DNA of 64,000 nucleotides, from the NCBI GenBank assembly GCA_030390025.1, contig CM059438.1, positions 66,032,001-66,096,000 on the forward strand, in the 5' to 3' direction. Below are positions 25,595-37,915 of this stretch, in pieces; the first letter of the stretch is position 1, and the number at the start of each line of letters is the position of its first letter. The stretch comes from Squalus acanthias. Taxonomy: Eukaryota. Both the position numbers and the translations under genes were made by a program. The notes under the pieces were generated by a model that saw only the letters and a program-made list of their open reading frames with translations, searched no databases and had not been told where the DNA came from.

Positions 25595-26419
25595 GGGCTG
25601 GATTTTGCCAATGGGGAGCTTTTGGAGGCGGGACTCCCACTTGTCGGGTTTTACTCCCGCCTCCATCAACTTCTGGCCAACCCACGCTATTTTTCCTTGA
25701 TTGACCTTGTTAAGCCCACCCGGCAGGCTTAGCAAGCCAATTAAGGGGAAGCCGGTTACAGGGAACGTCAGCGTATGACGTTTCATCTGTCAAAAATTTT
25801 TGACAGATGAATTGTCATCGTTTGACAGCTCTGTGAAGCTGTCAAACACTGACATTCTGTGTAGTTTGATGAGCTCTTGAATTCAAGACCTCATCAAACC
25901 TCTTTCTTTTCCAGAAATTAAATGGTTGTTGCGTTGGAGAATGCAACGGCCATCTGTCATCTCTGCCGCGGAGGTGCGAGACTCTCCGCATATCCATCGA
26001 TTGAAGCCTGCAGGAAGAAACAAAGGTAAGTAAACTTTTACTAACACTTTCCACTAACCTCACATACTCACCTCTCCACACTTGCACCCATCACTTGCCT
26101 TCACAGTGCACATTTGCACCCTTCCGACTCCCGCAGACCCACTACTCACCTCAGTGACCCTGGCGGGTTTCGGAGTCTTCGAGAAGCCCGCACATGTGTG
26201 GGCAAAATGGGGATAATCCTCTTATCTGCCTGTTAACTATCTGTTAACAGGCAGTTAATTGGCTGTAATCCCTTCCCGCCTCCAAGGAGACGGGACCTGG
26301 CGTGGGACGGCTTCCCACCTCCTGGCAAGATGGCACGGAGGTGGGTTGGGCAAATTCTGCCATTTTCCCGGCAGTCCCGTCTCCAAATCCGCCTCCCCAG
26401 GGCTGGCAAAATCCAGCCC
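25595..26419. mobile_element. Harbinger-type MITE inserted in a SINE-like repeat
   Basis: Perfect 16-bp TIR gggctggattttgcca / tggcaaaatccagccc. The target duplication is not clean. Confidence 0.8.
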
Positions 26420-27530
26420 CCAGCGTCGGCAGGCTATTTGGCTATAGGGTGGCAGCGCATCCGAGCCCGATTCAGCCCCCACCCGATGTGCACACAAGTG
26501 CACTCTCTGTGGTGGTCGCTGCAGCAGCAGTGGGAACTGTGGCTGATTTCCTCTCGCTGACCCAGGTGCGTTGAAGCCAGTTGCGCCTCTGACACCACCT
26601 CAGCTCAACAAACTCAGCAATGACCGGGGATTCGACCTGCGTGTATGGCTCCGACTGCCTTAACCAACTGAGCAGTCTGGGGCAGCCAAATGCCATTTCT
26701 TTGACCTATGTTTAAATACCATTTATTTTGCCATTGAATTTGTGTGAACGTTAAATATTTCAACTCCGTCAAATGTAAAATCTTTGTACAACCACACTCT
26801 TCAAGCTGCAGCCTCACAGGCACAATAGAACCTCCGGAAACACGCATACACATGAAGAATAAATATATTGCACTCTCGGCGATGCACGGGTGGAACATGT
26901 GACAAGACCAGGTGGTTTACCATTTGTTCTCATTTGATATCGCCTGCCACTCCCTGACTTACATACTCCATGTACCATTAGTAACCCCCACCCCCATAGA
27001 ATAAGCCACAAGCCAATCAATTTTTGATGGGACCTTGGAGAAGCACAGAGCATAATAATGGAGGTTAAATTCATCAGTCCAATAGCCTGCTATGCCTCGA
27101 AATTGCCCTGACATGGTCTCCCTCTAGTCAGTGCCAAATCGCCGTCACTTCAACCTCAGCATCATTCATCGTAAAAGGGAACTTTATCTGTAACCGATCT
27201 GATAGAACAAAACGCTGCAAGGCAACATTTAAATAAAAGATTTGTTGTGCTTCTTGTCCAAGAATCTGCATTGGTAGAAGCTTGTCAGAGTTTCATATGT
27301 GCTCCCTCAGGGAATCGCAGATCATTCTTCACAGAGGGGAACTTGGGCCAGTTATCTGCCTGTGAACTTTATGTTTAAAGGCAGAATTTAGCGTGAGTTC
27401 TTTTTCTGGTCTGTGTTATTAGCTGATCAGAACCAGGCCAGCAGTTTTGGGGCTGCTACAATTGGCCTGGGGGAATGGGGGCGCGAGTAAAATATCCCTG
27501 ACTCTCTTGAGAGGGGGAGAGTAGGGGGAG

Positions 27531-27984
27531 TGTGTGGACATTAACTACGGATAGGATCAGGCTGGGCTCTTGATGCTCCCGACAGTTTGAACAGGCTGCC
27601 AGTAAGCACCGTCAAGGCTCGCACCTGACGATTGGCCATTTGGCCAAGTTCCAGAGAGTGGCTGGCATTGAAATGAAAGAGGGAGCTTGAGGAGGTGAGA
27701 CCAGTTCCATTTCCAGACCTCACTAAACCCAACACATGCCTTTTCCTTACTGCTCACTTGCCCAGCTGGCCAATGCCCAAGACAAGCACCACCTGGCACC
27801 TCCCCACAGGAGCATGGCTGAGATCCAGAAGTCAGCGGAGAGGTAGATTGAGCAGATGTGGTACCACTCCATGGCTGGTGTGCCAACCTATTGTGCTGTG
27901 GGGCATAAAGTGTCTCTTTTCAAACACCCTTGTGTACATTATCTGCAATAAACACACATATTGGTGTGTTTTTGGATTGTAACA
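27531..27984 (+). mobile_element. Possible solo LTR
   Basis: TG start, AATAAA near 27947 and a ...tgtaaca end. No TSD and no second copy seen. Confidence 0.25.
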
Positions 27985-28279
27985 GCTTCAGATGATGCTG
28001 CCTCCTAGTAAGACATTTCTAAATATCTATTTTCTGTGATTTAAAGGGACACTGTCATTGTATGAGAGAATTATTTTCAAGTATGCTATGAATTCAATCA
28101 GATTTTTACTGGCTGATTCTTACCCTGTACCAAGTTGTCTTTCCAATGCTAACATCTTATCATCTCACCCCCCTCCTGTGAGTAAGAAAAATATTCTATA
28201 AGTCACCTCACATGAGACGACACAGCAGACACTTGCTTGTCCATGCTCCAATAATTCTCCTTCCCAGAATTTTCTTGGG

Positions 28280-28802
28280 ATTTACAAATCACTGATTAGG
28301 TCTCAGCTGTGGTATTGTGTAGTTCTGGGCACCACACTTTAAGAAGGTGTCGAGGCCTTGTAGGGGGTACAGAGGAGGTTTACCAGGATGATACCATGGA
28401 TGAGGGACTTCAGTTATGTGGAGAGTTTGGAGAAGCTGGGATTGTTCTCCTTGGAGCAGAGAAGGTTGAGGGGAGACTTAATAGAGATGTTCAAAATTAT
28501 GAATCAAAATCATGAAGTTGGGGGGGGGGGGGGGTTGATAGAGTAAGTAGGGAGATACTATTTCCTCTGGAAAGTGGGTCGATAACCAGAGGTCATAGAT
28601 TTAATATCATTGACAAAAGAACTAGAGGGGAAATCAGATTCCATAGAACTTTCAACAGGTAATTGGACATGTATTTGAAGAAAACTAATTTGCAGGGTTA
28701 TGGGGAGAAATCTGGGGTGTGGAACTAAATTGGACAGCTCTTTCAAAGAGCCGGCACAAGCACGACGGCCAGCTGGCCTCCTTCCGTGCTGTAAGGTTCA
28801 AT
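28280..28802 (+). mobile_element. CR1 LINE 3' fragment
   Basis: gtacagaggaggtttaccaggatg...ctccttggagcagagaaggttgagggg; its tail is split by the MITE at 28803. Confidence 0.8.
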
Positions 28803-29681
28803 GGGGGAAAATCCAGTTGGTTGCGCCTCCTGTTAGCGCCTTAAGAGGGCGCTAATGGGGCGCAAAGCAACTAGCGCCCGGGCGCGGCGATGTTTGCGCC
28901 GCTCGCGAAATTAACTAGACATTTTGCGGCGGCGCTAAACACTACCGCCACGATCTCCTGCGCCGGCAGATCGTGACGTCAGTCAAGTGCGCAACGCCCC
29001 GGTAGCGCCCCAGAGCGGATATTGAGTGGCGCCCCCTGCCTTACCGCCTGCCGCTAGCAAAGACAGGTTGAGGGGAGCGTTTTGCAGTCAGGAAGGGACT
29101 GGGGGAGCGCTATTTAAAGGCGACCGCTTCCTGCCTTTTTTTGTTGGTGACATTTTTGAACCACGCATTCTGAGAGAGAGAGAGAGAGAGAGAGAGACTT
29201 CTGGAGAGATTCAACGCTGTGTGAAGGAGTTTTGGGTCCTGAGCAGCACTTTGCAGGTTCATTTTGATTTGCCCTTCCTTGTATCAATTTAGAAGAGACT
29301 GTGGGGGTTGCACTCTGAGCTCTTTCCCTGGGCCTCTCCATTGTTCTTTCCAGCAGATTTGATATACAGATCTCTCCAGGCCGAGATTCAAGGCTGCAAT
29401 GAGCAGGATGTGGATGGAAAGCAAGATCAACCCACCCCTTTAAGAACTGGCTGGCGCCATTGTGTCTGTGTTCCATTGCTGACTGACATCACATGAGCTT
29501 CGCCAGCGCTCTGAGTTAGCGCCTCGCTCCTCGGCCTTTGCGCCTGATTTAGCGCTCCAATCACCTCCAGGGGCGATAAAAGTCAAGTTTGCAGTCGGAA
29601 GTGATAATTAGCGCCAGGCGCTAATCTTTGCGCCCGGCCGATAATTGCACCCCAAACGGGGCGATACTGAATTTTTCCCCC
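28803..29681. mobile_element. Harbinger-type MITE
   Basis: TIRs gggggaaaatccagt / actgaatttttccccc with an AAT target duplication (28800-28802, 29682-29684). Confidence 0.9.
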
Positions 29682-31133
29682 AATGATTCTAAGGATATGT
29701 AGATAGTGCTAGATGATGTAAGGAGGCAGGATGCTCATGTGGAGCACAAAAACTGGCAAAGACCGGTGAAATCTTGCCAAATGGAAGTGTGTGCTCCATT
29801 AGAAGAACCCATTGAGGAGAGCAAAGGTCAGTGAGGAGAGCAAAGGTCAGTGAGGTGGCACATCCAGGAACAAACAATCCCAACGGATGTTGAGAACGGA
29901 TATACAATCTGCACTTTACACAGAATTATAGGAAATAGGGAGAGATGGAGGTGAGTGTAATTAGTATTGATTTTAGGAAACTTTAATTTAAAATGATTCG
30001 TGTTCATACAAAAGTGTTTCACGACGGCAGGAAGATCTACGGTGTTGTTCTCATTATTCGAGCAATCTGTGATGATTAATATCTTGCTGAATCCTTGTTT
30101 GCTGCTGTTTTAGCTCTTGGGAAGTGCAGGCAATTTCATGCTCTGCACAAAATCAAAAAACAGTAGCTCCCGTCACTTGCAGAGTGTTTTGATCGGATGA
30201 AACATTTGCCTGAAAAGCTTGTGCCTGCTGTGCCGCACCCTGTGAGCGGCTGAATTGGATCTGTGCTTTCCTTGGAGAACGCGAAACACCAGTCACGATA
30301 AATGGGCACTTGTGCCGGCACGACACCCACACAGCGGTCCCTCGGGGAGTCGGGGGGGCGGGGGGGGGGGCAGTGTGATTGTTCTCACGTTGTCTTTCAT
30401 CTCAGCCACCTGGTGGATACCATCGAGGCGAAGGGAGCCTTTCTGCTGATGACAGTGCCTTTTTACAGCGTGGTTAATGTTCCCCTCTACCAGATCAGCA
30501 GATACTGAATCACTCTGGGCTGATGTAGACAGATTTGGACAGTGCTCTGACAAATAGTTCATTATTTTCAGCACGGCGAAAACCAAGTCGATAGCTGTCG
30601 AGGGAAGTCCACCCGTCAACGTGCCCACCAAGGCTCGCTTTGGTTACAAATACCCAGTCGCTTGGTAATTACATTCAAACTATCTGGAGGGAAATAGATA
30701 ATGAGATGGTGGAAAAAGCTGGAAGAAGAATAAGACTCAAGAACGTCCAGCTCTTGTGTTTCATCGTGAGCAGTATTTTGCACCTATGCTTACCCAGTGA
30801 TGATCTGCTCCTGTTGGGCAGACTGATTTTCTTGGACTCTGTGGAATCCATATCAGGGCAGACCGTTGGATTAGATGAGGTTGACCTATGCAGTGCCAGA
30901 GGCCCTCCTTTCCAACATTACAGGCTTGCAAGGATATGATTGTGACAGATTAACTCTATATTTGTGCCAGGAACATAAAAGCTACTGTGTCTGTATATCA
31001 GCGTCCAGTGTTAATCTGAAAAATCAATGTAAATACCAGTGACGACGTTTCACTCGTCACTTCTACTGCATGTCGAACTCTTCAGCAACAACAACTTACA
31101 TTTGCCTAATGCTTTTAGTCCAATAAATATAAT

Positions 31134-31860
31134 GGGGTAGCGTTTCCGCTCGGCGCGCACTTCCCCCAAAATCGGCCAAACCCGCTCAAAAGATCGAGCA
31201 ATTGTAAGCGCAAGTTACGTCGAGCACAAATGGAGTTTCCGCGATCTTTTGTGCTGGTTTAAAAAATAGCGCCCTGCCCACAAAACTGGCCACGCCCCCA
31301 GATCAAATTAATCACCATGGCGAGTTTCCACTAATTGTGCCCGCTTGCGGCCCTTCGAAGAGGCGCTTAAAACGAAGATGTTCTCTCTTGTTGGTACAAG
31401 TGCACTAAAAGGCACCTTTTTAAAAGTTTCTAAATATTAAAATATTTTCAATTTACTAAGAAACTGACTAGTGTATACCAATGAAACTAGTAAATGGTTC
31501 AGTACAATTTTTTAAAGTCATTTTCAGTGATTTAAAATCAGGTGACTCACAGGTGGTGGACTAGACACTCTTATTAAAAATGCTTATTTTTTGTGATAAA
31601 CCCATTTTCAGCTGCATTAATCAAACTGCACCAGGTTACCACTCTTAAATACATCAAGGAATATTTTTTAATGCAAGAAAAATAAACCATTACGTTCTAA
31701 AACGCTGACCGATTGCACTGATTCATGGAAGATTTTACGTTTGTAATTATGCAAATTAGTTTGAGCGGAAGCTTGAACCATAACTTCACTTTGGAAAACT
31801 AGCGCAATTTTGGAGTGCAATTTGCGCCCGGATTGCCGATTGCGCCCAAAGCGGAAATTC
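31134..31860. mobile_element. Harbinger-type MITE with truncated right end
   Basis: ggggtagcgtttccgc start and gcggaaa near the end; CpG-rich arms and an AT-rich core. Confidence 0.55.
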
Positions 31861-32109
31861 TTTTGGAACTCGAACTCTGTTTGACGTCTTGTGTCATTCA
31901 TCACTCACTTAACTTGGATGCAGGAAAGCTAGGCATGTGAACAGGAGTAGGCCATTCAGCCTGTGAGCCTGTTCTGCTGTTCTGTACCTCAACTCCATTT
32001 ATGCAGTTGCCCCTTGACACAGCGCAACTTCCTCAACTTGTTTGTGCTCTCACAAACCGGGAAGGTTGATTTTTCTGGAACATTGTCCTTTTTCGGTGGC
32101 TTTCAGATG

Positions 32110-32503
32110 CACCTGATAGTTCAGTCATGGGTTCAAGCCCCACTGCAGGACTTGACCATGTAATCTAGGCTAACACTGCAGTGCAGTACTATGGGAGTGC
32201 TGCATTGTCGAAGGTGCCATCTTTCGGATAAGACATCAGTCTGCTTAGGTGGGCGTAAAAGATCGTATGGCACTGTTTGAAGAAGAGCAGGGGCTTTCTT
32301 ACAGTGACCTGGCTAACTTTTATCCCTCAACCAACACCACTGAAAGCAGATTATCTGGTCATTTATCTTATGTCTGTTAGTGGGACCTTGCTGTGTGTAA
32401 ATTGGCCACCGAAGGTGCTTGCCAAACAACAGTGATTACACTTCAAAAATAATTCTTTGAATGTAAAGAGCTATGGGACTCCTGGACATTTAAGGCACTA
32501 TAT
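32110..32503 (+). mobile_element. Deu-domain SINE
   Basis: B-box gggttcaagccc, core gtgctgcattgtcg.aggtgcc, tail ggcactatat. Confidence 0.75.
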
Positions 32504-33695
32504 CATAGAATCATAGAAATTTACAGCACAGAAGGAGGCCATTCGGCCCATCATGTTTGTGCCAACCGAAAAAGAGCTCTCCAGCCTAATCCCACTTTCC
32601 AGCCCTGGGTCCATAACCCTGCAGGTTATGGCACTTCAAGTGCATATCCAAGTACTTTTTAAATGCGATGAAGGTTTCTGCCTCTACCACCCTTTCAGGC
32701 AGTGAGTTCCAGGCCCCCACCACCCTCTGGGTGAAAAAATTTGCCTCAACTCCCCTCTAATCCTTCTACCAATTACTTTAAATCTATGCCCCCCTGTTAT
32801 TGACCTCTCTGTTAAGGGAAATATGTCCGTCCTATCCACTCTATCTAGACCCCTCATAATTTTATACACCTCAATTAAGTCACCCCTCAGCCTCCTCTGT
32901 TCCAAAGAAAACAACCCCAGCCTATCCAATCTTTCCTCATAACTAAAATTCTCCGGTCCTGGCAACATCCTCGTAAATCTCCTCTGTACCCTCTCTAGTG
33001 CAATCACATGTTTCCTGTAATGTGGTGACCAGAACTGTATGCAGTACTCCAGCTGTGGCCTAACAAGTGTATTATACAGTCAAACATAATCTCCCTGTTC
33101 TTATATTCTATGTCTCGGCTAATAAAGGAAAGTATCCCGTATGCCTTCGTAACCACCTTACCTACCTGTCCTGCTACCTTCAGGGATCTGTGGACATGCA
33201 CTCCAAGGTCTCTCTGTTCCTCTACACTTCAGTATCATACCATTTATTGTTTTTTCCCTTGCCTTGTTAGCCCTTCCCAAATGCATTACCTCGCACTTCT
33301 CTGGATTGAATTCCATTTGCCACTTTTCTGCCCACCTGACCAGTCCATTACTATCTTCCTGCAGTTTACAGCTTTCTTCCTCACGATCAACCACACGGCC
33401 AATTTTTGTATCAGCTGCAAACTTCTTAATCATGTTTAAAGTTTAAATCGTTGTTATATACCACAAAAAGCAAGGGACCGAGTACTGAGCCCTGCGGAAC
33501 CCCACTGGAAACAGCCTTCCAGTCACAAAAACACCTGTCGACCATTACCCTTTGCTTCCTGCCACTGAGCCAATTTTGGATCCAACTTGCCACTTTCCCT
33601 TGGATCCCGTGGGCTTTTACTTTTCTGACTAGTCTGCCATGCGCGACCTTGTCAAAAGCCTTGCTAAAATCCATGTAGACTACATCAAACGCGCT
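32504..33695 (-). mobile_element. CR1 LINE, 5'-truncated (RT C-half and 3' end), frameshifted
   Basis: YMDFSKAFDKV, SGVPQGSVLGPLLF, KFAADTK and LRGDLIEVYK in broken frames. Confidence 0.95.
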
Positions 33696-35324
33696 ACTTA
33701 CTATTAAATGCAAATTATTTTTTCTTTCTTATTGTACAGTACATTTTTTAAAAATGCCGCAACCAACTGAGCCATTGGGAACTCCGGTTTGAAATGATCA
33801 CTGTTGAAGTGCTCGGGAGTTTTTGGATCATCTCTATCAACAGCCTTTTCTTAAAATTCCAGTGTAACACCCCTCACCTTGCAGTTCACATTGCAGGTGC
33901 TGCTGTATGGACTTCAACAATCCCTTCTCTGATAGGACATTACCTCACCAATCCCATCACGATGGCCTCATCTCTTTACTTATGCAGTAAAATGTCTTGC
34001 AAGTTATTTCACCTGAAGTGATACCACTGCTTTGACAGAACTGCCGTCATGTAAAAGGGAATTTGAAAGCAAGCCTATCAGTAGTTGCAATGTACCATGA
34101 ACGAGTCCTGCTTTTCGCTGGAGAGAAAGTCAGTCAAGGTAGTAAATGCATTCACTCCATGGGTGTTGCTGATAATTTCACTGCCCAGTGATGTGATCGT
34201 TCCCTGTGGTGAATTCTAAAACTTCAAATTCAGCGGCAGAGAACGATCCTGCCCCTGTTGAAATGGCCTTGAAAACTAATCTACAATGATCACGTTGCAC
34301 GAGTGCTTCTATTTCCCCTCTCCTCCTGTCATATGTCGGGTAACTCGGTTGGGCCTGTGGCGGTGCAATAGTCTACATCTCGACCTTCTCCTTCCTAAAA
34401 AGGGTTCTGTTTTCCAGTTGTCTCAAAAGGAAACTCCAATGTCTCTGAACGTTGCTCACTAACTAGCGTTGGGCCTCTCAGCAATAGTGGTCCATAAGAG
34501 GAAAATTAGAGATTAAAAAAAGAGTTGAAAAAAAGAATGTTTGATGGGTTGATCAGGTAGATTTAAAAAATGAATTGTGACACTGCATTCTGTGAGGGTA
34601 TATGTTGGTTCCAGTTGAAGAGGCTACTGCTGGGCATCAGTACGATTAGGCCTCGGAGCCGGAGTTCCTCTTGTGGCGATGACGGATTGCTTTTTTTTGG
34701 AACGTATTAAGTGAGACTGCAAATGGCAAAGGGTTGCAGTCAAGATTCAACCATCAGCTATCGGGGCTGTTCCTCGCCATTTCCCTTTAAAACTGCAGAG
34801 ACCTCAGATGATTTTTGTAGGAACGCGTTTTGATTAGTTCCTAATAAAAGCCTGTTAACGTTGTGAATCCCCGGGAGCAGGTTTTATCTTCACACGGCCT
34901 ATCACATCCGTCAAACTAGCCCAGTGGATTAGTGGCAAACATCAAGCCCCATTTAATGTTTAGTTTGTCAAAGGTAACTTGCAGATATACTTAAGTAAAA
35001 ATAAAAATTCAATTCCTGCAGCACTCAGTTAAAAGTTATGGAGCAAGTTCATTATTAGCGTTGCTGGTTGAGGTGGAAAAAAAATAGGTGTTAGTTCTGA
35101 TTGCTTGATTTGCCGCTCAATTGATTCCTGAGTGATGGGCTGGAGTAGCTCAGAAATACTAAGAAATTAATTGGCTTTCCTGTTTCAGATGGTAATTATC
35201 TTGCTTCCTGTGTTGAGTGATACGGGTTTGTGTTCGTATGCCCGAAACTGGTTGACGTAGAGTTACAAAGGCAAAAAATAGGTAATAGCGATTACAATAA
35301 TGTAGGACATCTGTAGAAGTATAG

Positions 35325-35553
35325 TGACGTAAGAAAACTACTAGGCACTTGGTCTAAGCATTAAACAAAGCTTTAATCAAGTGTTTTTCAACATGGAGAT
35401 CTAGTTGTGTCCTTCATTAGTTCCTGTTAAAGAATGTCCTGAGCAAGCTGGGCCTATGCCCGAGTATTTATACTCTCCCTGGACAGCGCCACCAGCAGGC
35501 CGCCCAGTATTATTTCATAAGTCATTTCCACATGAATGACAAGATTCATGTCA
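35325..35553 (-). mobile_element. Solo LTR (copy 1)
   Basis: TGAC...GTCA ends and close similarity to 58850-59067; TATAAAT then ATTAAA on the minus strand. The TSD is not preserved. Confidence 0.75.
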
Positions 35554-36565
35554 CTGGTCATTGGGGACAGATGCCCGACAAAGATGGGAAGGGAATTTGG
35601 AGAATAGCAATGGGGAGGGTAGGAAGAATTAACACAGACTGCTCTCATTTAGCCCCAATAAATGTCCAATAACAGAGTGACTGCGGTGGATGCCTACCCA
35701 AGGTCGTCCGTGCATACTTCCAGTGTGGCAACAGTATCTTTCACCAAGGAGAGAGAATAAGAAGCAAATATAAAGCTAGATGAATCATAATATTTACCAA
35801 AAGTTGCATTTTGAAAATATGATATGTGTTCGGGATTGTTGACCTTGAAAAAGGATTGTTCATTTTCTTTCAGCTGTACTTGGTTTCCAAACAGCAGACT
35901 TGATTTCATCGAATCTTTTGGTGCTTCAAAACAAATTTGATGCGAGTGAATCCCATCCGACCCCCAAACATGTTGGGAATTGGGTGTTTTTTTTTTGTTG
36001 GAGCGGGGAGATGGGTATACGATGAAGTTTGGCGCTTGCTTCCTTTGAAATGTAATGCAAAACCACACTCTGTAAAATAAAAAAAAAATAATCGCAGACC
36101 TGAGGCAGTTGGACTGTTGCCTCCCTGTTTCTGTCAGTGTCGTATTTACCACCATCTGTTCGCTGTAAGGGTTGTGTTTCATGCTATTACCACAGACGTG
36201 AGGTGCGTGCTGAAACAGAAATCTGGCTTTTTAGTAATGGCCTTTGGTAATGTCAAAGTCTGTAAGCTTACATGTTGCGAAAGATGTTTGGAGAAAGCAA
36301 GAGCGACGCCACTGAACTAAACTGTATCGCTTGATTGAGTAATTGAATGCGGTCGCTGTAGCACTGTAATGTGTTATTTATTTCAGTTGCATAGTTGTTC
36401 AGTGTCTGACATCAGTATAGCTACAATAAGAATAGGCACTGTACATCCCTTAGAAATTTCCCAGCAATCAACTTCAAAATAGTGGCATGAATAATCTCAG
36501 CTGTTATCTTTACATTTTGACCATTGTCCAGGATCAGTGACCTGTCCAAAAAAAAAATACCCAAC

Positions 36566-37020
36566 GTGGTATATCTTGACTTTGTGGGATGGTATAAAAC
36601 GGGCGAGTCGGCATCTCCCCCGATTTTAATCTCCATTGAAGTCAATCGAGAGAGGTGTAAAACGGGCTGCCACTTCGCCATCACCCATTTTACACTATCA
36701 AGAAAAGAAAGACTTGCATTTATATAGCGCCTTTCATGACCACCGGACGTCCCAAAGCGTTTCACAGCCAATGAAATACTTTTGAAGTGTAGCCACTGTT
36801 GTAATGTCGGAAACGCGGCAGTCAATTTGCGCACAGCAAGCTCCCGCAAACAGCACTGTGACAATGACCCGATAATCTGTTTGTTTTTTTTAGTGATGTT
36901 GATTGAGGGATAAATTTTGGCCAGGACACCGGGGACAACTCCCCTGCTCTTCTTCGAAATAGTGGCCATGGGATCTTTTACGATCAAATTTATTTATCAA
37001 TCAAAGTCAAAATCTACCCC
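36566..37020. mobile_element. Harbinger-type MITE with a Deu SINE nested at ~36700-36985 (-)
   Basis: Imperfect TIR gtggtatatcttgactttg / caaagtcaaaatctacccc with an AAC duplication; the SINE tail gacttgcatttatatagcgcc lies inside. Confidence 0.7.
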
Positions 37021-37439
37021 AACGGGTTTAGAAAGCACTCCTAATCTGAATTAGAAATCCCTCCCTTAAATTTAAAATGAAGACTGGAAATTGCACCAGA
37101 TGTCATGGAATCATTTTAAACCCATAATGTGATCTGGGATGCAGAAGACAGTTAAATTGGCGTAACTTACACGATGACAGTTTGATGTTATCTCAACCCC
37201 TTAATTAAGTTACAGCCTTTCAACTGAATGCCAAAAAAAAATAGAATTTCAAAAAAAAAGTGAAAAAAGAAATGAAAATATGAGATGATCGGCAACAAAG
37301 TTGGGACAGCAGTGTGAAGAAAAGGGAAATAGTTGACCATCTTTAATCTATTTACAGGTTCCACCAATTTATTGACCGAGACAAACTAACTATTCTGTTT
37401 AATGCAACAGGAAGAATCACTTTGAGAGTCAGATTTTGT

Positions 37440-37915
37440 GCTCACTGGCAGCATTTTTGCTTTGAGTCAGAATGTTGTGGGTTCACGCGCCACTCCAGAA
37501 ACTTGAGCACGTAATCTAGGCTGACATTTCAGTACAGACGGAGTGCTGCACTGTCTGAGGTGCCGTAAAAGAAAATCGGGCAGCATAGAAAACGGGCTAC
37601 CGATTCGCTATTGCCATTTTGCGCTACCACCCAAGACAATCTACACCCCCATTCAACTGAAGCGCTATCTGTCCCCTCGTAAAAGATCCCATGACATTAT
37701 TTGAAGAAGGACAAGCGAGTTCTCCTGGTGTTCTGGCCAACATTTCTCCCTCAACCAATACCTAAAAAACAGATTATCTGGTCATTGTCACATTGCTGTT
37801 TGTGAGATCTTGCTGTGTGCAAATTGGCTTCCATTGTTGTACTTCTTTGGCTGTAGAGCGTTTTGGGACATCCCAGGTTTGTGAAAGGCACTATTTAAAT
37901 ACAAGTTCTTCTTTT
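37440..37915 (+). mobile_element. Deu-domain SINE with a short MITE-like insert (~37566-37650)
   Basis: gggttcacg B-box-like motif, gtgctgcactgtc.gaggtgcc core, ggcactatttaaatacaag tail. Confidence 0.7.

Noticed and set aside
29813..29855. 19-bp tandem duplication
   Set aside because: Ordinary local slippage with no further structure.
30293..30631. ORFs and a possible exon after ttgtctttcatctcag
   Set aside because: All plus frames close quickly and no peptide is recognisable.
35694..36182. 162-aa minus-strand ORF and a plus-strand acceptor-like site near 35873
   Set aside because: No recognisable protein, AT-rich noncoding-like composition and no strong matching donor.
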